From positions 1 to 41,195 of the forward strand of contig JBHLRS010000029.1 in assembly GCA_048882325.1 (NCBI GenBank): a stretch of 41,195 bases of DNA, in the 5' to 3' direction. A program made the translations under genes and the position numbers. Positions 1-7,731 of the stretch are shown here, piece after piece (within the stretch, counting starts at the first letter, position 1; each line of letters starts with the position of its first letter). The stretch is from Candidatus Thorarchaeota archaeon (GTDB lineage Archaea; Asgardarchaeota; Thorarchaeia; Thorarchaeales; Thorarchaeaceae). The notes below the pieces were generated by a model. It was given only the letters and a program-made list of their open reading frames with translations. It did not search any database and was not told the DNA's origin.

Positions 1-1310
1 TGATTATGCCTTCTACCCTGAATTGTAGCATAGTGAAGAAAATCGACCTTGAAGTAATCAAATCCCATCCCTTTCAGTCTGTCAAAGAGTTCTGTGACGT
101 GCTGAATAACTTGGGGGTGTGTGAGGTCAAATGCATAGAATTTGCCTAACCACAGTGGGTTCTCACCAGCGACAACTGGTTGATTATCATCATCTCTTAC
201 AAACCATTCCGGTCGATTCTTGAATACGTCCGAGTGTTGTGATGCGATGAAAGGTGCAGTCCAAATCCCTGCCTTGAATCCCATAGATTTGATTTTCTTG
301 ACAATAGAGGGGAGACCCTGTTGGAACCTGGAGTTCTCCTCCCAATCCCCAACAGTCTTTTGGAATCCATCGTCTATCTGAATCCATCTGATGTTATCCT
401 GAAATCGAGAGTTCAGGAACTTAGCATTCTCAAGTATGTCTTCTTCTTCAGGCCTGTTGAAGTAATAGTACCAACTGCACCACCCAACAGGAGGTTGAGC
501 AACTCGTGCCTGCATATTCTGTGACACATGGCGGATATAGTGCTTCAAACCTTCGTGTGGAGCACTATCAATGAGTATGTAGAGTTCCTCAGAGGCAATG
601 GCACCCTTTTCCCGTAGAGTGATAGCCTCAGCATCTGAGGATGCGACCACCTGTGCTAGTCTCTCTGCTTCGCTATCTCGTCCGTAAAATGAAACAGTTG
701 TGAATTGATCTGCGAGTGAAGCAAATCCAAGTATGATTGCAGTGTTTGCTTCTGTGTTTGTCAGTGCTGAGAATGAGTGACTCTTGTTCTCTCCAGATGC
801 CAGAGGTTGTGCCTGACTAAGTTCCCAAGAATGAAACCCGTTTTTGAAGTACCTAAGAGTTGCTCCATTCCATCCTGTTTGCACTCTCTCTCCTGTGTCC
901 ACATCAACCACTAGTGGTTCAAGCGAGTTTACAGTAAGTGCTTCGCCTTTATTTCTGAGCTGAACTATGCAGTTGTATCCGAGGTCTCCAATCACAAGAC
1001 TAAGTCTCACATTCATCTCGATACGTTTCTCCGGATCCCTTAGTCTGATTACAACAGCTTTGCCTTTTCCTCTCTCATCATTAAAATCCAGAGAGGTGAC
1101 CTCACGGTATGTCATATGTCGAGAGTCGTATGTCTTCTCACTAGTATGCACCTGTGTGTATCCACGAGAGAAATAGGTAGTCGACAAATCTGCAGATGAG
1201 AAATCAAAGGTACCAGTCAGCGTATTGAACCAGATAGCGACGACCCCGTTGCTGAGACGAATGATGTCCTCTCCGACATCTAGAGTGCACATCTCAAAAT
1301 GCTCAGACAA
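1..1310 (-). CDS. Glycoside hydrolase family 36 alpha-galactosidase (3' end outside window)
   Basis: Not in the ORF track; translated by hand. TTG at 1310 follows a GGAGG, and the frame stays open to position 1. GH36 motifs PVGWCSWYYYF, WIQIDDGFQ, GIWTAPF and GFDYFKVDF (nucleophile Asp). Confidence 0.9.
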   Translation of the reverse strand, partial: MSEHFEMCTLDVGEDIIRLSNGVVAIWFNTLTGTFDFSSADLSTTYFSRGYTQVHTSEKTYDSRHMTYREVTSLDFNDERGKGKAVVIRLRDPEKRIEMNVRLSLVIGDLGYNCIVQLRNKGEALTVNSLEPLVVDVDTGERVQTGWNGATLRYFKNGFHSWELSQAQPLASGENKSHSFSALTNTEANTAIILGFASLADQFTTVSFYGRDSEAERLAQVVASSDAEAITLREKGAIASEELYILIDSAPHEGLKHYIRHVSQNMQARVAQPPVGWCSWYYYFNRPEEEDILENAKFLNSRFQDNIRWIQIDDGFQKTVGDWEENSRFQQGLPSIVKKIKSMGFKAGIWTAPFIASQHSDVFKNRPEWFVRDDDNQPVVAGENPLWLGKFYAFDLTHPQVIQHVTELFDRLKGMGFDYFKVDFLHYATIQGRRHN

Positions 1311-1386
1311 CGATTTGCCTCCATTAGTGAAAACAGGACTGTGACTAATACTCTTATGGATATTTCCAGATAAAAGGGACTTATCT

Positions 1387-1929
1387 CTAGAGCTTGGTCG
1401 CTCTATCTAGGGCATCCTGTGCCTCTTCATATTCGAAGAGTTTTTTGTGAGCACGATTCAGCATCTCCCAGACCTCTCTGTCTTTTGGTTTCAGCTCGAG
1501 ATATGCCTTGCAATAATTCTTCATGTTCTCCCAGTCATTCATCTCCTCATAGCATCGCGCACCGTAGTATAATGCTCTCTTGTGGTTCAGCTTAGGTCCA
1601 GCCAAGACTTTGAAGATATTGAGAGCTTTCTCATACTCTCCATCATCAAAGTAGGATTTTGCCTTGTCAAATTGAATCTCCATCTCACTGTACTCTGGAA
1701 TCCTCTGGGAATACTGGGCAATCATCAGGGTTGCACTACAACATATCAGCATGACAACAAGCATGATTGACAGTCCCAAAGTCATGACTGGATCGACTGG
1801 AAGATATCCTTGCCCGGCAAGAAGTGAAATGACAATGCCTCCAATGAAGATGACAATCACAGCAATTCCGACAGTCTTTGGAGGAAGCATACTTATGCCC
1901 TCCTCTTCTTCAGCAAACTGAGGCATCAT
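1387..1929 (-). CDS. Membrane protein with two TM helices and C-terminal TPR repeats
   Basis: Two hydrophobic segments followed by TPR-like helices (AKSYFDDGEYEKAL, ALYYGARCYEEM, VWEMLNRAHKKL). Confidence 0.75.
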   Translation of the reverse strand: MMPQFAEEEEGISMLPPKTVGIAVIVIFIGGIVISLLAGQGYLPVDPVMTLGLSIMLVVMLICCSATLMIAQYSQRIPEYSEMEIQFDKAKSYFDDGEYEKALNIFKVLAGPKLNHKRALYYGARCYEEMNDWENMKNYCKAYLELKPKDREVWEMLNRAHKKLFEYEEAQDALDRATKL

Positions 1930-1968
1930 GGCCTGAGAAGTGTGTAAACTCCTTTTAGGTCTGGCGAA

Positions 1969-2616
1969 TCAATCAACAACTCCACGATTCTTCGAGGGCT
2001 CTTTTTCCATTTGTCTTCTCTTGTACTCCGCGTCCTCTCTTCGCGACGCCAGCCTATTCCTTGCTACATTGATCCATTGACTCACAAGCTTTTCGAGATT
2101 GGGATTCAGCTGCACGGCAAGCTCTGCATAAGCAATGGCCTTCTCATCTTGCTCCTCTATGAAATGCGCATTTGCTTTGTTGTAGAAGGCTTCAGCATAC
2201 TCCGGATTAAGTGCCACTGCTCTTGTGTACGCTTCTATTGCCGCCTCTCCATCAGCTAGGCGAGAGTGACAATTACCGATATTGTTCCAAGCTTCCGCAT
2301 CATCAGGATTGATCTCTAGAGCTTCTTCGTAACACTCTCTTGCTGCTTCAAAGTCCCTCATCGCATATAGTGCTGCACCCTTATTGAACCAGATCTCAAA
2401 GATGAAGTTGTCAATTGCCAGCGCTTCATCATAGGCTTTAACAGCCTCCTCCAACTCGCCAGCTTCTGCTAATGCATATCCTAAGTTATACCACCCTTCA
2501 ATGAGGTCTGGTTGCTCTTTCACTAACTCCCTCAAAACTTCTATTGCCTTCTCTATCAGTCCTTCATCCAAGAGTCCTAGTGCTTCTTGGAGTTTTCTAG
2601 TGTCTTCCTCGGGCAA
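1969..2616 (-). CDS. TPR repeat protein
   Basis: 34-aa repeats GWYNLGYAL, IWFNKGAAL, AWNNIGNCH, AFYNKANAH. Confidence 0.9.
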   Translation of the reverse strand: MPEEDTRKLQEALGLLDEGLIEKAIEVLRELVKEQPDLIEGWYNLGYALAEAGELEEAVKAYDEALAIDNFIFEIWFNKGAALYAMRDFEAARECYEEALEINPDDAEAWNNIGNCHSRLADGEAAIEAYTRAVALNPEYAEAFYNKANAHFIEEQDEKAIAYAELAVQLNPNLEKLVSQWINVARNRLASRREDAEYKRRQMEKEPSKNRGVVD

Positions 2617-2667
2617 TGTGACCGTGGAACTTGTTGTTACAGAGTGAATAAGGATTCCGTCTTGGAC

Positions 2668-3090
2668 CTAATCAGACTTTGCCATGCTTCGAGCTACTAT
2701 GGACATTATGACTCCAATCCATGCGATGGATTGTGATATCAGAGTAAGGATATCCGTCAGTGCTTCCAATCCACCTGCGAGATACCCCTCGACAAGCATA
2801 ATGATGAGTCCAATCAGGCCCACTCCTGCACCAATCCCAATTACAAACTTGCCTGTGCCAATTCTCGCCATTCCGATGAGTATCCCACCAATTATGACTG
2901 CTATACCACCGAGTGATGCGATGTATAGTAGGATTGTCAGAACTAGAGTGATCATATCTGCAGCTGCTGGGAAGTTCATAGCTGCATAAATTGCAATATC
3001 TCCAATGAAACTAATGCTTCCGACCCAACTTACTTGGAACAGCAGAAACCCTCCAATGAGGGCTAACGCAACTGCTAAACCATTTCTCAA
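2668..3090 (-). CDS. Hypothetical membrane protein (about 4 TM, Gly-rich)
   Basis: Almost entirely hydrophobic with GxxxG patterns; GGTGA upstream of the TTG start. Confidence 0.7.
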   Translation of the reverse strand: MRNGLAVALALIGGFLLFQVSWVGSISFIGDIAIYAAMNFPAAADMITLVLTILLYIASLGGIAVIIGGILIGMARIGTGKFVIGIGAGVGLIGLIIMLVEGYLAGGLEALTDILTLISQSIAWIGVIMSIVARSMAKSD

Positions 3091-3123
3091 AATATCACCA
3101 GAAGTAATTAAGAGTGAACTCGT

Positions 3124-3993
3124 TTAATTCTGTTTCTCAACATCGATTACGGACCACGGAACAATTGAGGACTTTCGTTTTGCATACGCAGATGGTCCAT
3201 CAAAACCCGCCTTTCGTATGACATCAAGTGCAACATTAATTCCCGTTCCTACTTCACTCGGTGTGTGAGCATCAGAACCAACCGTAACCGTCTGAATCCC
3301 TTCCTTTCGTAAGGCATGAACAATGGAATCCTCCGGCATCGACTGGTTCATCCCTCTTCTCAAGGGTGAGGTGTTGATTTCAAAACCCACTCCTTTTGCT
3401 AACATCCTATCCGCGAGGTCCTCAAGATGAGGTTTCCAGAGGTCATGAATCGCATTGCCGTAAAACATCTCGCCATACCTGCGGTACAGATCAATGTGCG
3501 CCAATACATCAAATATCCCAAATTCAACCGAGTCGACAAGGACTGAGAAGTACTTCTCTCCCAACTCGTCCATCGAGTATTTCCTGAAAGCTTCTTCTGC
3601 CCTTCCATTTGCAGAGATTGCAATATGGTCTATCAGATGAACTGAGCCTATGATAACATCAAAATCTGTTGAGAAGAATCTCTCAGGAAGGGCCTCCAGC
3701 ACTCCTGGAAAACAGTCTACCTCCACACCCAATAACACTTTGAGTCCCTGTGATCTGAACCGGTCTCCTGCATCTCTAATCGTTGCTTCATAGTCTTCCA
3801 ACCAAACACTTGACGCGATATCCACAATAGTTCCTTTCACATTCACATAACAGTCTTCAGCAATCCTGTCAGTATCGAGGTGGGTTGTGAATGCGAGTTC
3901 CTTGAGCCCCGACTTGATCGCTGCGTCACAAAACTCCTCAACTTCTCCTTCAGCATCAATTGAGTAGTTGGGATGTACATGGTAGTCAAACAT
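3124..3993 (-). CDS. PHP-family phosphatase (histidinol-phosphatase HisJ-like)
   Basis: Motifs DYHVH, TTHLD, GVEVD, GSVH, AHID, EINTS, GSDAH. Confidence 0.85.
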   Translation of the reverse strand: MFDYHVHPNYSIDAEGEVEEFCDAAIKSGLKELAFTTHLDTDRIAEDCYVNVKGTIVDIASSVWLEDYEATIRDAGDRFRSQGLKVLLGVEVDCFPGVLEALPERFFSTDFDVIIGSVHLIDHIAISANGRAEEAFRKYSMDELGEKYFSVLVDSVEFGIFDVLAHIDLYRRYGEMFYGNAIHDLWKPHLEDLADRMLAKGVGFEINTSPLRRGMNQSMPEDSIVHALRKEGIQTVTVGSDAHTPSEVGTGINVALDVIRKAGFDGPSAYAKRKSSIVPWSVIDVEKQN

Positions 3994-4054
3994 CAGGTCT
4001 CTTCCCGAATCCTTCGTATATCAGGCTACCTGATGATGAATAACTGTCCTATTC

Positions 4055-5290
4055 TCAAGTAGCAGGTGTATCCATGAAGACTGCTAGCTCACTGACAGCT
4101 CTTGATGATTTTTGGTCTTTCATCAGTAATGCAACAAGTGTTGCAAGTAACGTTGTCATGACTAGGAACACGATTGATGCTGCTAGTCCCCACAGGTCAC
4201 CAATCCAACCAAAAATGATAGGTGAAATAGCACCCGGAAGAGCTCCTACCGAGAAGAGTAGTCCAAAGGCAAGTCCCCTATTTGCTCGTGGACTAACCTC
4301 AGTCAAGTATGCAGTGTTAGCAGGAACTCCTAGATAGAAGAAGAATCCAATCACCACTAGCATCAGGATTAGGACTTCAAGACTCAGAGAATAGTTCAGT
4401 GCAAGGAGTGCTGGTGTAGCGAGTCCTGTTGAAATGACAAGGAAGACAACTCGCTTGTTCAACTTGTCCGAGAGCCAGCTAGCAACCATCTCTCCAACAA
4501 GGCCTGCGGTCAGCATGATAGTTGTGAGGTAGCCTGCTCCAATCAGATCCACTGGATAGGTTGCTTCTAGATAAAGAGGCATTAGCAAAGAGGTGCACCT
4601 GAAGGACATCCCTCTCAAGCCCATAAGAATCAGGCCGAGCCAATATCCTTTTGTCCACCCATCTGCGCCTTCGCACTCATCTGCCTCATCTATGAATCCT
4701 TCAACATATCCCGAACTTGAAAATCTCATCAGAATAATGAACGGAATGAAGATTATGAGTCCCATCACACCCAATGCAACAAGTGAGAGTCGCCATCCGC
4801 TGAGAAAAACAAGAAGGGTTACACCGAGGAATGGTATCACAGCCATACCAATGAGTCCACCCATTGCTTGAATTCCCGTTGCTTTGGCGAGGTCTCTTTG
4901 AGGGAATTTCTCAGCAAGGGCTGGAAACACGCTAGGATGATATCCTGATGCACCAATACCTAGAAAGAACTGGAATATTGCTAATATCAAAAAACTGCTT
5001 GAATAACTCACTAGGATCATAGCGAATGCACTGAGTAAAATGCTCGCTGAGATGAACCCATCACGCCACCGCGCCCCCTTGTCACCAAGGTATCCAACAA
5101 CGAAGTGGGAAAGAGTCATAGCTATAACAACAGCACTTGTAATGACTCCAACCTCGGTGTAAGTCAGACTCAGGTCATCCTTAATCAGAGGAAGGAAGGG
5201 AGACAGTGCTCCTGTATACACGTGGTTTAGAAAGTGTGCCATTGTCACTGCAGCAAGAACTGCATAGGCTGCTGTTGTGGATCTCGCCAA
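4055..5290 (-). CDS. MFS transporter
   Basis: About 12 TM; MFS loop motifs GYLGDKG and WLSDKLNKR. Confidence 0.9.
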   Translation of the reverse strand: MARSTTAAYAVLAAVTMAHFLNHVYTGALSPFLPLIKDDLSLTYTEVGVITSAVVIAMTLSHFVVGYLGDKGARWRDGFISASILLSAFAMILVSYSSSFLILAIFQFFLGIGASGYHPSVFPALAEKFPQRDLAKATGIQAMGGLIGMAVIPFLGVTLLVFLSGWRLSLVALGVMGLIIFIPFIILMRFSSSGYVEGFIDEADECEGADGWTKGYWLGLILMGLRGMSFRCTSLLMPLYLEATYPVDLIGAGYLTTIMLTAGLVGEMVASWLSDKLNKRVVFLVISTGLATPALLALNYSLSLEVLILMLVVIGFFFYLGVPANTAYLTEVSPRANRGLAFGLLFSVGALPGAISPIIFGWIGDLWGLAASIVFLVMTTLLATLVALLMKDQKSSRAVSELAVFMDTPAT

Positions 5291-5364
5291 TTCTCTGAAT
5301 CACGCCCAGAATTACGGATATCCCGACACACTCCTATGTTAAGCATGCTGGTATAGACAACTTG

Positions 5365-5450
5365 AGAAAAGAAAATAGTCGGTGAGCTGGCGACCTGAGA
5401 TAGTCCCATGTCACCAGCAGTTCCGACTTCGACTCGGAAAGGTTGTTAGT
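5365..5450 (-). ncRNA. Candidate small structured RNA or MFS leader (long hairpin plus U-tract)
   Basis: Minus-strand TTTAAATA at 5480-5473, a roughly 20-bp interrupted hairpin at 5428-5377 with two G-U pairs only on this strand, then TATTTTCTTTTCT. Confidence 0.4.
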
Positions 5451-5525
5451 AAATCAATCAAATCCCTTATCATATTTAAAGAACCAATTATCGGCAATCA
5501 TGGTGTTTCTAAATACACCTTGGCA

Positions 5526-7499
5526 TCAAACAAGTAGTCCAGCTGTCCAGAGTACTATCCGAAGTCCAATCAATGCATTGTCACCAGCACCATATTCTCC
5601 TAGCAACGCATAGTTATCAAGGAAGAAGTTAGTACCTGTCACGACTATTCTGCCGCCACCTACTCCTTCCTTGCATCCTAGTACCGGAGCTGTAGGGTGA
5701 TATTTTGCAAGTCTTGTACCATCTAAGGGAATGTTCACTACTGCTCCTGAGTAGTAGAATCCACTCACTCCTGATGTGATGATGTGTGTATCCAAGTCAT
5801 CGATGAATGCAGGCCCAGATATAGCTGAAACCTCCGTGGTGTCAAGCTGAAACCTTGAGAAGCTTAGGAAGTCGTTCACCTGCGATATGTTTGTGAAACT
5901 CTCACCTAGTGTTGCAAGAAAAATCCCTCCTCCAGCATCATAGTAGTCCTCGTAGGCTTGTTTCTCTGTTGCTGAGAAAGGCAAAGAGTACACTGTGGAG
6001 TCTGAGGGATCTGTTTCGTTGTAGTCATAGACGCACGGATCAAGGATGATGACTGAATCGAACTGCTGCAGGAGGGCTAGGGTTGTTTCAGAGCTGTTCC
6101 GCAGTTCAGTTACTGAAATATCATTGAAGGTGAGTTCCTTGTAGAACTCTCGGAACTGACCGTAAGAGGAATCGATGGACCAAGAAGTGTGACTGATGTC
6201 AAATGCGACCTTCGCAATTGCATTAGACAGTGTGAATGATAGATTCAAGCTTGTGTCACCAAACTCAGGTGATGAGAACTGAATGGTATTGGTTAGCGTT
6301 GACAGTCCTGATGAAGGCATATTGATGGTAAGCGGAATGATGCGACTCTGATTAACTTCAATTGTTGAAGGAAGGTCGACAATTCCAGGAGCGTTTCCTG
6401 TGACGCTCACTGTGAAGGTCGTAAAGCCAGCTGTTAGAAGTCTAATGTTGAACTCGTACGTGTCATTGTAGAAGAGTTGTTCATAATCGATTGGGAGCGT
6501 TCCTGGGAAAGCCAAGCTCATGGCTGGAAGTTCTCCCTCTTGCGCTGATGCATCAAGGAGCGCAATTGAATTCTGTACATTCAACTTACCTGTCCCGACT
6601 GCATAGCTTGGGTATCCTGTCATTGGGTCTGCTCCCATCATTAATGCAGTCATAATTGATCCTGGTGTGAACGTGAAATTGTTGTCTGTTGAATATCCTA
6701 TGAGCCGTGCTACTGCTCCAGCAACTCTGGGTGCTGCGAAACTTGTTCCATAGTATCTGGAAGAACCATGGGTAACCCAACCGTAGGCGCTGATATCTGG
6801 CTTCATATATCTGTCAAACGTAGGACCTGTCGAAGAGAACTCAGCCAATGTGCCATCTTCATATAGTGCAGCTACTGAAACACACTTCTCGAAGACACTT
6901 GGAGATGATATGCTGTTACCGGCAATTCCGCTATCACCTTCATTTCCTGCCGAGGAAATCACGACTGCACCTCGGGCGAATGCCCATTCTACAGCCGCCT
7001 CAATGGGATCTCCTAAGACTGGACTCCCACCAAGACTCATTGTGATTACACTGCAATTCTGTTCAATTGACCAGTAAATTGCAGCCGCAATGGCAATCGA
7101 TGTTGCTGATCCATTGTCACCCATAACCTTTGCATTCACAATCTCTGCATTGGGCGTTTCAGCAACTAGTGACGCCACAAGTGTGCCATGAGGAACGCCT
7201 TCAGGCCGTGAATCAGTAGTCGTTGTATCGGTTACACCATATCCATATTTTTGCAAAAGAAAACTTTTCTCAGCAACGACTCGTCCCTGAAGCGAAAAAT
7301 CAACGTCAATACCAGAATCCAGAACTGCTACCCTGACCTTCGTTTTTGGGCCAGAACCAAAATCAAAAGGTGCAAACCTGATCAAGACTGCTAATCCAGA
7401 CGAGATGACAATCATCAAAATGAAAATGACTGCAACAATCTTGGTTGTGTTAGATCTCGTTTCCCGTGGTGGAGGGGTTTGCCAGTAGTAGTCCATCAT
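5526..7499 (-). CDS. Membrane-anchored S8 subtilase with C-terminal alpha/beta domain, Site-1 protease (SKI-1/MBTPS1)-like
   Basis: Catalytic triad VLDSG, HGT, GTSFAAP; oxyanion SAGNEG; N-terminal TM. The track ORF starts at 7556, but ATG 7499 is more likely. Confidence 0.85.
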   Translation of the reverse strand: MMDYYWQTPPPRETRSNTTKIVAVIFILMIVISSGLAVLIRFAPFDFGSGPKTKVRVAVLDSGIDVDFSLQGRVVAEKSFLLQKYGYGVTDTTTTDSRPEGVPHGTLVASLVAETPNAEIVNAKVMGDNGSATSIAIAAAIYWSIEQNCSVITMSLGGSPVLGDPIEAAVEWAFARGAVVISSAGNEGDSGIAGNSISSPSVFEKCVSVAALYEDGTLAEFSSTGPTFDRYMKPDISAYGWVTHGSSRYYGTSFAAPRVAGAVARLIGYSTDNNFTFTPGSIMTALMMGADPMTGYPSYAVGTGKLNVQNSIALLDASAQEGELPAMSLAFPGTLPIDYEQLFYNDTYEFNIRLLTAGFTTFTVSVTGNAPGIVDLPSTIEVNQSRIIPLTINMPSSGLSTLTNTIQFSSPEFGDTSLNLSFTLSNAIAKVAFDISHTSWSIDSSYGQFREFYKELTFNDISVTELRNSSETTLALLQQFDSVIILDPCVYDYNETDPSDSTVYSLPFSATEKQAYEDYYDAGGGIFLATLGESFTNISQVNDFLSFSRFQLDTTEVSAISGPAFIDDLDTHIITSGVSGFYYSGAVVNIPLDGTRLAKYHPTAPVLGCKEGVGGGRIVVTGTNFFLDNYALLGEYGAGDNALIGLRIVLWTAGLLV

Positions 7500-7731
7500 T
7501 AGCACCGAGGTTGTTTTCATTGAATGCGGCATGTGAAACCGTACTTGAGCACACATGAACCTATCGACGATGGTAATGCTGCATCATATGCAAAACCATG
7601 TGAATTCTGAACCGGAAAGCTTCATTAGGTGCAGAAGAGAGTCAGCTAGTGTCGGACTTGAGGTAGGAACATTCGAGTTTGATTTATCTGTAGAAACACT
7701 ACATCAAGTATACCCCTAAGAGGTAGCAGCT

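Noticed and set aside
5421-5439. TTCGA loop suggesting a tRNA T-arm
   Set aside because: Wrong loop register; no cloverleaf or acceptor stem.
5488-5498. TTATCGGCAAT identical to 18461-18471, suggesting a shared regulon
   Set aside because: A single 11-mer match among a few kb of intergenic DNA is expected by chance.
5377-5528. Hairpin as a SECIS element recoding the protease TGA
   Set aside because: No clear SECIS core, and readthrough adds only a short tail with no redox motif.
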